Source of the DNA: an uncultured Planctomycetota bacterium
GTDB taxonomy: Bacteria > Planctomycetota > Planctomycetia > Isosphaerales > Isosphaeraceae
Length of the DNA: 64,000 bases
Reading direction: 5' to 3'
Assembly: GCA_963845755.1 (NCBI GenBank)
Contig: CAWJTV010000029.1
Location: 352,001 to 416,000, forward strand
The notes below the pieces were generated by a model. That model made no database searches, was not told the DNA's origin, and was given only the letters and a program-made list of their open reading frames with translations. This document shows, one piece after another, positions 34,048 through 43,196 of the stretch (positions within the stretch are counted from its first letter, which is position 1; the number at the start of each line of letters is the position of its first letter). Made by a program: the position numbers and the translations under genes.

Positions 34048-35139
34048 TTATGATTCTGGAAGCTTGTCAGCCTCTAGGTAGTTGGCGAGTTTGGCGACAA
34101 GCTTAGTTCGCTCCGAACTTGTGGCCAACTCCAGACCTGGCAAAAAATTCTCGTTTGTCTTTACGAATCGAGCAGTTCGGATGAGTATAGAACGAACATT
34201 ATCAATTGACCGATCTATAAAATTTTTGGCGATAATTGTTTGTTCCACCGGAATCTTGGTTCCGACAGCGTGAGCACCGTCGAAGTTACTTCTGATCACA
34301 ATAATTGGGATGATCTGACTCTCTATCTGAGCATCCGTGTATCCAAGAAGCCTGCACGTAGCCCTGATTTTATCATTTGTCTGACCAGGTGCCGCCTTAT
34401 TTACCAGTAATATTTCAAGACATTTTGCCAGATTTATAATAACTTCTGAATACATTTGGTATGGAGCTGAAATAACCTCATGAGGAGATAAAAAACGTAA
34501 CGCGTGCTGAAAATACACAGACGCCGTAATCAGACGCGGGCATGATTGAATCCACTGTTTTTGAAGATCAATTGCCTCAAATATTAACTTATCTCTGGTA
34601 TCCCTTGACAAAGGCAGGAGCCTGGCCATAAAAGCTTCTGGCGCTACCACTAACGTGAACTTAATTTGGTCGGCTATCTCTCCCTGAATCGCAACAACAT
34701 CAACAAATATACCAAATATTATTGATAACGAAGATGTTAAGGTTGAAACAATAAAATCAGTCGCTGCATGCAAATCATTCTGATTATTAATTATCAATTT
34801 ATACGTAAACTCACTGCCATTGACAGAGATCGTACGATCTGGCAACGTGTCCCAGTTGCCTGTCCCAGTTGCTGCAGGCAGAAATTCTGATGATTCTGAT
34901 GATAATACACCTGTATTTCTATCAATAGTTATCCGAGTGGGGCTGCCTACGATTCCCGTAACACGAGGTGACGTGGTTTCCGATGGTTCAAATAATTCCT
35001 TAGGTGCCAGTCTGCCTACAAGGGTAAGCACCGCCGGATATGTAAGGTGGTCCAAAGACCGAAGCGGTGGCGTCGAATCAATGGAAAGGTTTCGTTGTCG
35101 TACAAGAAAACATGGCATAGAATCACCTGCAGATCGCAT
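34048..35139 (-). CDS. Low-GC hypothetical protein with a putative C-terminal HEPN domain
   Basis: Visibly AT-rich; helical C-terminus with NLAKCLEILL and RSNFDGAH (Rx6H). Confidence 0.6.
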   Translation of the reverse strand: MRSAGDSMPCFLVRQRNLSIDSTPPLRSLDHLTYPAVLTLVGRLAPKELFEPSETTSPRVTGIVGSPTRITIDRNTGVLSSESSEFLPAATGTGNWDTLPDRTISVNGSEFTYKLIINNQNDLHAATDFIVSTLTSSLSIIFGIFVDVVAIQGEIADQIKFTLVVAPEAFMARLLPLSRDTRDKLIFEAIDLQKQWIQSCPRLITASVYFQHALRFLSPHEVISAPYQMYSEVIINLAKCLEILLVNKAAPGQTNDKIRATCRLLGYTDAQIESQIIPIIVIRSNFDGAHAVGTKIPVEQTIIAKNFIDRSIDNVRSILIRTARFVKTNENFLPGLELATSSERTKLVAKLANYLEADKLPES

Positions 35140-35192
35140 GACGAGGACTGTGAGACATCGAAGATGCTTCAGTTGCAGTCAGCGTACGTCCC

Positions 35193-36185
35193 TCAAATCG
35201 GAATCCGCTCGACGATGTTCCGCGTCACCCGCTTCTTCCTCCGGTCATAGAGCGTCGTCGTTCGCGGCTCCGCATGCCCGGCCAGATATTGCACGGCCTC
35301 CATCGGCACCCCCTGCTCCAGCAGCGAGGTGATCGCCGTCACCCGGAAGGAATGCGGCGACAGCCGCGACGGCAGCCCGGCATCCTTCAGCCGCCGCTTG
35401 ACCAGCTCGCAAATCCGCTCCGTGCCCAGCGGCTTGGCCGCCAGCTTCCGGCTCCGGCCGTTCGACGCCCTAAACAGCGGCGAATCCTTGGCCTCACCGG
35501 CGATGCCCGCCGCCTCGACATATGCCAGTATAAATTCCTCCAGGTCGTGCCGCACCGGGATTTCCCGGCTCTTGCCGCCTTTTTCCTGGAACCGCAGCAT
35601 GTATTGCTGGCCTGTCATGCTGAAAGTCGCCCAGCCGGAGCTTGGCCACCGCCCCGGCCCGGCAGGCGGTATAGGCCAGCGTGGCGAGGATCGCCCGGTC
35701 CCGCAGCCCGACCACATGGCCGGTCTATCTGACCGACCGCAGCAGCGTCGCGTCGGCCTGCTCGATGGTGATCTCCGGCGTCTTGCCCTCGATCACCTGA
35801 TCCTTGACGCCCCGCACCGACGACGCCGGGTTGAGGATGCAGACGTGCCGGTTCACCAGCCGGTCGAAGAAGCCACGAACGCCGCCAGATGCTGATTCCG
35901 CTTGGCGGGCGATCCGCCCAAGCCCACGAGGTACTGGCCGACCATGCCCGGCGTAATGGCCGCCAATGCCACCCCCTGCCCCTCGGCCCAGCCCAGGAAC
36001 GCCTTGACCGCCCGCAGATAGGCTTTCTGCGTGTGCGGGTTATGGTGCTCGGCATAGAAGAATTCCTCCCAGGCGAAGCGGCCGCCCCCCCGGCCCGCTC
36101 GACCAGATCCGGCAGCGTCGCCGCCGCACCCGTTGCTGGTACGCTCACCGCCGACGCTGTGACCAGTTCCGTGCTCATCACTCAT
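35193..36185 (-). CDS. Tyrosine recombinase with N-terminal SAM-like domain (several frameshifts)
   Basis: NPHTQKAYLRAV, GLRDRAILATLAYTACR, EKGGK, SPHSFR, LAGH, TTTLYDR (R-K-H-R-H-Y catalytic set). Confidence 0.9.
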
Positions 36186-36555
36186 CGCCCCGCTTCGCGC
36201 ACACCATCTCCTCGACCATCAGCCGGGACAGCTTGACCGTGGGATACATGTCATCTTCGAAGAGTCCATTATCCCGCCCCTCCCGCTTCACGACCTTGTC
36301 CATCAGCTTGCCCATCCTGGCCGCGGGATACCAGTCTCGCGTGACCGGATCGATCCGGATGGTCAACGTCCGGTCCGTCGGATGCATCAGCCTCTGACCC
36401 TCCCAATACCAGCCCGCATCAAGATAAACTTGAATGCTCGCTTCCTCATCGACCCCTCGGCGTTCCCGCCCCGCCCGTTCTTCCAGTGTGAGTCCATCGC
36501 CCCCGCTTTGATCGCCGCGCATGTATGCCGCCCCCTTTCTGATTCCATCATCCAT
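36178..36555 (-). CDS. Small hypothetical protein co-oriented with and overlapping the recombinase start
   Basis: 125-aa ORF whose stop overlaps the recombinase ATG region. Confidence 0.55.
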   Translation of the reverse strand: MDDGIRKGAAYMRGDQSGGDGLTLEERAGRERRGVDEEASIQVYLDAGWYWEGQRLMHPTDRTLTIRIDPVTRDWYPAARMGKLMDKVVKREGRDNGLFEDDMYPTVKLSRLMVEEMVCAKRGDE

Positions 36556-36577
36556 CCCGGCACTGCGTTGTCAATCC

Positions 36578-36611
36578 CTAGCTGTAGATAAAGGGGATTA
36601 TCTACGCCTAG
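36578..36611. other. dif-like tyrosine recombinase core site 3, upstream of the recombinase operon
   Basis: CTAG-CT-GTAGATAA AGGGGA TTATCTAC-GC-CTAG. Confidence 0.7.
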
Positions 36612-36916
36612 TGCCTCCGCTCACCAGGATGCACGTTGTTAACTTCCCCGGTATTTGTCACCCTCTTGCCCCGGTATTTGTCACCCTGCCTGGAAGAACC
36701 TGGCCATGACTTTTCCGGGCAACCAAGATGAGGCGTCGATCCCGGCGCGGCCGTGAGGGCACTTCGGCGGTAAGCGAAAATGGGTCTGCACAGACGGGTA
36801 ACCACCGGCCGCAGCAGACCCGGCGTTCCGGGATAGCCGGGGCGATTACTTTCGGGTGCAACGGCTGATCCATACTTGACCCGTTGCAGATACTTTGTTG
36901 GCCTTTCATTGATCGA

Positions 36917-37492
36917 TCACGCCTCGACGGTTTCCTCGTAGACGCGCCGGCCCGTAGGAGACCAATACCGGTAGGCGGTACACGTCCATTTCGTCATGAG
37001 CCGCCGAAACCCGTAGAACTGCATCACCTCCACCCGAGGAAAAGGTGGCGCGCCAGGCCGCCAAACGGTATGGACTGACGCTTGGCGGTGTCGCCGTGTC
37101 CGTGAGGGAATAGCCATACGAAAGATGAGGTCCCGAGACGATGGTCGGCCATCTGTCGCAATCCAGCTTTGTGACCCTGGACACCAGGCCCACTGCCCGA
37201 ACCAGTCGAACTCCGGAAGGCCCGTGAAACTGAAACCGTTGGCCCCGTAGCCCGATGGCCAGGCGAAGCTTCCGTCCGCAGTCCATCGGGCTTTATTCGG
37301 CGCCATCCAGTGAGAGCACCGACCAATCTGCGTGAGGACGCGGTGGGGGCCAGCCACTAGCCGGGCCAACGCTTCGGCATCGGCGTAGATAGTGTCGAGC
37401 ACGACCGGCCACAGCGTGGGATCATCCTCTTCGCCAAGCAGCGGGGCGATTACCGGCTCGAACAAAGGCCAGAATTCGAGATGCTCTGCCAT
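36917..37492 (-). CDS. Hypothetical cargo protein (Trp-rich)
   Basis: ATG after GGAGG; 191-aa ORF inside transposon 1. Confidence 0.55.
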   Translation of the reverse strand: MAEHLEFWPLFEPVIAPLLGEEDDPTLWPVVLDTIYADAEALARLVAGPHRVLTQIGRCSHWMAPNKARWTADGSFAWPSGYGANGFSFTGLPEFDWFGQWAWCPGSQSWIATDGRPSSRDLIFRMAIPSRTRRHRQASVHTVWRPGAPPFPRVEVMQFYGFRRLMTKWTCTAYRYWSPTGRRVYEETVEA

Positions 37493-38311
37493 GTAGCCTC
37501 CCCTGCCAAGAATTCCAGTCAACCGGCGCAAGCCTTGGCGTGTGTTAATCCTCGACTCTAATCTACCCGTTACCCTTCCTCGCCGCGCCCAGGACCGAGT
37601 GTCAAGTTTCGATTATCGATCACTGTTTGTGCTCGGTCTGCGTCTATTCACCCTTTACACCTGGGACATTTGTGGGACATCCCTTGGGCGATCGCCTGCT
37701 GGCCGGAGATTCGGCGCGGTCAATCCCCAAATGATAACAGTCCGCACCGCTCCTTGCGTCTGACAAGCACTCGCATGACGACGTATCCGCGACGCGGAGT
37801 CGCAAGGGTCAAACCACCTCCGCCAGGAATCAAGAGCCGATTGCGTCATCCATTATCGAAAGGCGCAACAATTACGCCTTTCATAGGCATCCTCCGATCA
37901 TCCGGTTTTCGCTGCAGCCTGTTTTTGGCCGCTCAGCAGCTTCTTACCGTCCGGCCTGAGCTTCCCTTGGGATCGACATGGCGGTAGAGCGTCTGGCGGG
38001 TGATTCCCAGCTCGGCACATAGCTCGCCCACTTTCGTCTCCGGCTCCCCCATCGACGCCATTGCCAGGCGGAGCTTGGCGGCGGTCATCTTATAGGGTCG
38101 GCCGCCGTTCCTCCCCCGGCGCGGGCGGCGGCCATGCCCGCCTTGGTCCGCTCGACGATCAATTCGCGCTCGAAATCGGCCAGGGCGGCGAAGATGCCGA
38201 AGACCAGCTTGCCGCTCGGGGATGTGGTGTCGATGCTCGCCCCGTGGCCGCTCAGGACCTTGAAGCCGATGCCGCGCACGGTCAGATCGTGCACGGTGTT
38301 GACCAAGTGTC

Positions 38312-39220
38312 TCAGAGGGGATTTGGAAAATTAAGCGGCCTGGAAATCTCGACCCCCTCATTTTGTGAAACTAGGGAATATTGGTGCGTCGGTTCCAAAC
38401 GTCGGAGCATAATATGAATCATTGCCATCTGAATCATAGCCTCACTCGTCTCGGTCAATCCCTCGTAGTCCTTACTCAGTCGGCGATATCGTCCCAGCCA
38501 GCCGAACGTCCGCTCCACCACCCACCGCTTCGGCAGCAGCTTGAACCCTTTGGTATCGTCCGTCCGCTTGATCACCTGCAACTCCCAACCGCATTCGCTC
38601 TCGACCCAGGCGATCAGCCATCCCTTCTCATAGATGCCATCGGCCCAGATGACCTTCAACCGCGGACAGCGACCCTTGACCTTCTCCAGCACCGGCTTGG
38701 CCCCGTGGTAGTCCTGCACCCCTGCGGACGTCACGACCACCGCGATCAGCAGGCCCAGGGTGTCCACCAAGATATGCCGCTTCCGGCCCTTCACCTTCTT
38801 CCCCGCATCGAAGCCCTGGATCCCGCCCACCTCGGTTGTCTTGACCGACTGGCTGTCCAGGCTGGCTGCCGACGGTTCGGGATCGCGTTCCGACGCCTCC
38901 CGTACCATCGGCCGCAACGCGTCATGAATCCGCGCGATCGTCCCGGTGCGCCGCCACTGACTGAAGTAGTCGTAGGCGGTCCCGGGCGGGGGAAAGTCAT
39001 GAGGCAGCAGGTCCCAGGCACAGCCGGTGCGGAGCACGTAGAGGATGGCGTTGAGGACCTCTCGCATGTCGGTCGGTGCGCGGTCGTCCGCCGCCCGGCG
39101 GCGGGGGCAACAGGAGTGGATCATTTCCCATTGGGCATCGGTGAGGTCGGTCTCGTAGGGGGTTCGCGATTGCGTGGTCGGGGTCCGCGGAGGTCGCTGA
39201 GGCTTGTGGGCTCGTGGCAT
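38312..39220 (-). CDS. IS5-family transposase
   Basis: YETDLTDAQW, LRTGCAW, DSQSVK, KGRKRHILVDTLG, RWVVERTFGWL; stop codon formed by the TSD. Confidence 0.9.
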   Translation of the reverse strand: MPRAHKPQRPPRTPTTQSRTPYETDLTDAQWEMIHSCCPRRRAADDRAPTDMREVLNAILYVLRTGCAWDLLPHDFPPPGTAYDYFSQWRRTGTIARIHDALRPMVREASERDPEPSAASLDSQSVKTTEVGGIQGFDAGKKVKGRKRHILVDTLGLLIAVVVTSAGVQDYHGAKPVLEKVKGRCPRLKVIWADGIYEKGWLIAWVESECGWELQVIKRTDDTKGFKLLPKRWVVERTFGWLGRYRRLSKDYEGLTETSEAMIQMAMIHIMLRRLEPTHQYSLVSQNEGVEISRPLNFPNPL

Positions 39221-39329
39221 GGCGTCATCAGAGGAAAAGGATGTCGGAGTTCAAGGAGGCCAACGACCCGTTTCTACGTCAATGCACACCGAAGGTTCGC
39301 CTAATCCCTGTAAGTTCCCAGATCCCCTC
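38315..39329 (-). mobile_element. IS5-family (IS1031-like) insertion sequence
   Basis: TIR GAGGGGATTTGGAAAATTA / TAAGTTCCCAGATCCCCTC; TCA duplicated (38312-14, 39330-32). Confidence 0.9.
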
Positions 39330-39584
39330 TCAGATCGCGGCCCAGCCGATCGAGCTTCCAGACGACCAGCGTGTCGCCCTGCCGCAACGCCTTCAGGCAG
39401 GCCGCCAGGCCGGGCCGGTCATCCCGCTTGCCGGAGGCGGCATCTTCATAGAGGTGTCGGGCATCAACCCCGGCTGCCAGCAGGGCATCGCGTTGCAGGT
39501 CGGTCACCTGGCTGCCGTCCGCCTTGCTCACCCGCATGTAGCCGACCAGCATGTCCCCTCCCTCCCATTGACGGATCAACCGAT

Positions 39585-39700
39585 TTTCCATGTCACTTAA
39601 ACGTTCGGTTGCGTGACGAACGGCTTTGGGCGGCATCATCGCCGCAAATCCGTCACGTAACCTGTCACATTTTCTAAGTTGCATAAACCATCGCCATAGT
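39585..39700. promoter_or_regulatory. Probable res site of the TniR-like resolvase
   Basis: TGTCACTTAAACGTTCGGTTGCGTGACG and CGTCACGTAACCTGTCACAT motifs directly upstream of the resolvase. Confidence 0.55.
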
Positions 39701-39805
39701 TGATTGAGTGACAGGCCATTCCGGGGGGGTGACAAATAGCAGGGAAAGAAGGATGACAAATAGCGAGTCACTTAACACATGCGTGCTGTTAACTTCCCCG
39801 AAATG

Positions 39806-39926
39806 GGTTCTCCCGCACTTTTGATGATCCACGACCGCCAACTCACACCGAAATCCCCATCTTGACGCGATTCTCGGTCGTTTCGGCCCGGAGTGGCACC
39901 ATCCTCATCAAGAGTGCGGAAGAACC
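39806..39926. mobile_element. 121-bp MITE inserted inside the left end of transposon 2
   Basis: TIR GGTTCTCCCGCACTTTTGATGA / TCATCAAGAGTGCGGAAGAACC (2 mismatches); flanks ..GAAATG / AGTAAATG. Confidence 0.8.
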
Positions 39927-39996
39927 AGTAAATGTCACCCTTTTTGTCCCGCTATTTGTCACCCTGCTTCAAAGAAGCCAGCCATGAGGTTTCCTT

Positions 39997-40568
39997 TCAA
40001 GATGCGTTGATGCCGGCCTCGCGCACATAGGCATAGAGCGTCGGCTTGCTGATGCCGACCGTGTGGCAGATTTCGGCGACGGTGTGCTTCCGCTGCCGGT
40101 ACAGATCGACTGCCAATGATTTCTGCCTGGCATCGAGCGACTTCGGCCTGCCACCGGTACGCCCCCTGGCCCTGGCGGCGGTCAGGCCGGCGTGGGTGCG
40201 TTCGCGGATCAGGTTGCGTTCAAATTCGGCCAGTGCCCCGAAGACATGAAATACCAGCTTGCCGCCCGGTGTGGTGGTGTCGATGGCCTCTTGCACGCTC
40301 TGGAAGCCGATGCCCTGCCGTTCCAGCTCCGACATCAGCTCGATGAGATGTTTGAGTGACCGGCCCAGCCGGTCGAGCCGCCACACCACCAGCACGTCAC
40401 CTTGCCGCAGCAGCTCCGCGCCCGTTCCAGGCCGGAGCGTTGTTGCTTGCTGCCGCTGGCGGTGTCCTCGATGATCTTTTCGCATCCGGCTTTGGTCAGG
40501 GCGTCTTTCTGCAAATCGGGGTTCTGTTCGGAGGTGGAAACGCGGGCATATCCTATACGCATGGCCAT
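39997..40568 (-). CDS. Serine resolvase/invertase (frameshift ~40420)
   Basis: RIGYARVST, WRLDRLGRS, FERNLIRERT, GGRP, ISKPTLY helix-turn-helix. Confidence 0.9.
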
Positions 40569-40581
40569 ATTTTCCACGATT

Positions 40582-40717
40582 GGTAAAGAAACTCGCCGAG
40601 TTGCGGCGACTTCTTACGTTGATTTCTTTACCGAGTTTTCTTACTCCAAAACTCGGGAGAAAGCAAGCGCGACCAAATCCGGCGCGGGAAGTAAGAAAAA
40701 CGAGGGTTTTCTTTACC
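40582..40717. promoter_or_regulatory. res site with repeated GTAAAGAAA/TTTCTTTAC half-sites
   Basis: GGTAAAGAAACTC, TTTCTTTACCGAGTTTTCTTAC, GTAAGAAAAACGAGGGTTTTCTTTACC. Confidence 0.65.
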
Positions 40718-40825
40718 AGGCGTTGGGTAGCGGCAAACGCGAGATAGTGTGCTTAGCATTGAGTTCGTGCGACAAATGTCAGATAATGCCCTCGTCCTGA
40801 GCATCGCACTCGCGAGGGCCGCCAC

Positions 40826-42139
40826 ATGTCCGACCAGACATCACCAGAGACCAAGCCTTCCAGCCGACCATCGACAGGATGCGGACGGCGATGGCATCGC
40901 GTCGTCCTGAGCGTCCGCACCCTGATGCTGCTCGTCCTGGTGCTCGGCGGCGGCCTAGGGTGGGTAGCCCACCGCGCCGCCGTCCAGCGCCGGGCCGTGG
41001 CCGCCATCGAGGCCGCCGGCGGCCGGGTCTTCTACGACTGGGACCTCTCCGGCGGCGTGGCTAAGCCGCCGGGCACACGGCGGCCCTGGCTGAAATGGCT
41101 CTGCGATCGACTCGGGCCCGATTACTTCGGCGACGTGACCTCGGTCTTCCTGGATGGCCGAGGCGGTGTCAGGGCCGACGACGTCCTTATGACCCACGTC
41201 GGCCGCCTCGCACACCTCGAAGATCTGCACATGCCCGACAACGCCTCGGTGACCGACGCAGGACTCGTTCATCTCCGGGGCCTGGATCGGCTCAGGAGCC
41301 TAGACCTGAAGGCGTCGGGGGTCAGGGGGCCGGGGCTGGCCCATCTGAAGGGCCTGACCCGGCTGACCACCCTCCGGCTCGAAGGTCTGCCGGTCTCCGA
41401 CGACGATCTCGCCCACATCTCCGGGCTGAGCCAGCTTATCGCCCTGGGCCTTTCCAGTGACCGGGTCTCCGACGCCGCCCTGGAGCACCTGAAGGGCCTC
41501 ACGTCGCTAGAATCGCTCTACCTGGCCTGCCCCGGCATCACCTCCGGTGGCCTGGTGCATCTCCGGGATAAGGTACGACTCAGGACCCTGGCCCTGATCT
41601 CAACCCGGGTCGATACCTTGGTGCCGATCGAGGGGCTGACCGGGATCACGTACCTGGCGCTGGTCTCCAATCGGATCGACGACTCGGGCCTGGGCCCGGT
41701 CGCGGGTTACTATCGCCTGGAGACTTTGGTTCTGAGCGAGCCTCGGGTCAGCGATGCTGGATTGAGACACATCGCCGGCCTGGTACGGCTGACCCGGTTA
41801 CGCCTGGATGGGCCGGTGTTGACCGGCGTGGGGCCGCCCCGCCCCCCGGGAAGTGCGGGCATCACCGACGCCGGGCTTGATTCGCTGCGTGGCCTCGCCA
41901 ATCTGAAGGAGCTGTGGTTGGACGATTCGGCGGTCACCGATGCGGGTCTCATGCACCTGTCCGGTTTGAAGGAATTAGGCACGCTCTCGCTCAAGAATAC
42001 GGGAGTCAGCAATGTCGGCTTGGCGTGGCTGACCGGGCTTTCGAAGTTAGGTAGATTCCACGTGACAGGTACGAAAGTGACCCCGGCAGGAGTCGCCGGC
42101 GTGCAGTCGAAGTTGCCCGGGGTGAAGATCATCCCTTGA
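40826..42139 (+). CDS. Membrane-anchored leucine-rich repeat protein
   Basis: LSVRTLMLLVLVLGGGLGW TM; repeated VTDAGLxHLxGLxxLxxLxL units. Confidence 0.9.
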   Translation: MSDQTSPETKPSSRPSTGCGRRWHRVVLSVRTLMLLVLVLGGGLGWVAHRAAVQRRAVAAIEAAGGRVFYDWDLSGGVAKPPGTRRPWLKWLCDRLGPDYFGDVTSVFLDGRGGVRADDVLMTHVGRLAHLEDLHMPDNASVTDAGLVHLRGLDRLRSLDLKASGVRGPGLAHLKGLTRLTTLRLEGLPVSDDDLAHISGLSQLIALGLSSDRVSDAALEHLKGLTSLESLYLACPGITSGGLVHLRDKVRLRTLALISTRVDTLVPIEGLTGITYLALVSNRIDDSGLGPVAGYYRLETLVLSEPRVSDAGLRHIAGLVRLTRLRLDGPVLTGVGPPRPPGSAGITDAGLDSLRGLANLKELWLDDSAVTDAGLMHLSGLKELGTLSLKNTGVSNVGLAWLTGLSKLGRFHVTGTKVTPAGVAGVQSKLPGVKIIP

Positions 42140-42241
42140 GTCGCGGAGCTTTACCCGAAATCCGATTCTCGTCTAGCCAGCGAGCCCCCGTCGGATCGAC
42201 AGCCTGAAAGGTAAAGAAAACGGTGGGTATCTTTACTGTCT

Positions 42242-43196
42242 TTATGCCGTCCCGATCACCAGGCTTTCACGTGCCGCTTCCACCACCGGAAGTGCGACCT
42301 TCTCCAGCTTGTTGATCTCCAGGACGCGGCCGATCTGCGTCAGCAGGCGGTGGAGCAGCCGGAAATTCCCGCCCGTGATGCGGATGATCGCGGCGATGCT
42401 CTCCTCATCGGCGATGCCGCCGTCGGGCATGGGCGCGAGGGCAGGCCACCATCGCTCCTGGAGCAGTTGCCGCACTTCCTCGCGGGACAGGGGCTTGAAC
42501 TCATGAACGAACCCGATCCGGGAATAGAGCTGCGGGTAGCGGGCGAGCTGTTTTTCAAGCCCCGGCATGCCGATCAGCACCATCCCGATGCCGCCCTGGT
42601 CGAAGATGGCGCATCTGCTCCAGCCCGGTCATCTTCAGGCGGTCGGCCTCGTCGATCAGGATCAGGGCCGTGGGATCGGGCTGGGCACGCTCCGCTCCTT
42701 CATGGCTGTCGAAGATTCGCCGCCACGCATCCTGCCGGCGGGCGACCTCCTCGGGAGGCTCGTCGAAGCCATTCAGGCCGGTGCGGCGGTGGTACTCATA
42801 CAGGGCCTCGACCTCTCGATTCGCGGATTCCAAGCGGGGCCGTTCCTCGCGGCGGATTTCCTCCAGGAAGAAGCCTCGCAGCTTGCCCCGCAACCGCTCG
42901 ATATCGTTCGGCAGCCGGCCGGGAGACGTGACGACCACCGGCGGCGTGTAGAAGACGACGGCGCTGCCCTTGACTTGCTCCAGCGTGACCGTGCCGCCCG
43001 GCGCATCGGGCCGGTAGCGTTCGATCGTATCCCAGTTGGCATAATGCCGGGCGGACAGCGTCTTGCCGACGCCCGGCGGCCCGTAGCACAGGCCGATGTA
43101 TTGATAGCGGCGGCAGGCGTCGCAGAATTCCCGGAAGCGACGGTGTTGCTTCGTCTCGATGAATCCTTGGCCCGTGACGCTACTCGTCACAGGCAT
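42242..43196 (-). CDS. tniB: TniB/TnsC-like AAA+ ATPase (frameshift ~42610)
   Basis: Walker [10 protein letters not shown], Walker [30 protein letters not shown]. Confidence 0.85.

Larger units (their letters stand above)
37898..39552 (-). pseudogene. tniR: TniR-like serine resolvase interrupted by an IS5-family element
   Basis: MLVGYMRVSKADGSQ...WKLDRLGRDL | RHLVNTVHDL...FERELIVERT...ITRQTLYRHV; removing the IS restores GRDLRHLV. Confidence 0.85.
36637..39777. mobile_element. Non-autonomous Tn552/Tn5053-like transposon 1 (resolvase, res site, cargo)
   Basis: Ends TGTTAACTTCCCCGGTATTTGTCACCC.. and ..GTGACAAATAGC..GATGACAAATAGCGAGTCACTTAACA with repeated ATTTGTCACCC motifs. Confidence 0.8.

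Noticed and set aside
29780..36185. Classical integron (IntI plus attC cassettes)
   Set aside because: The recombinase shows no IntI-specific insertion and I found no RYYYAAC..GTTRRRY attC structures between the genes. The sites seen are dif-like instead.
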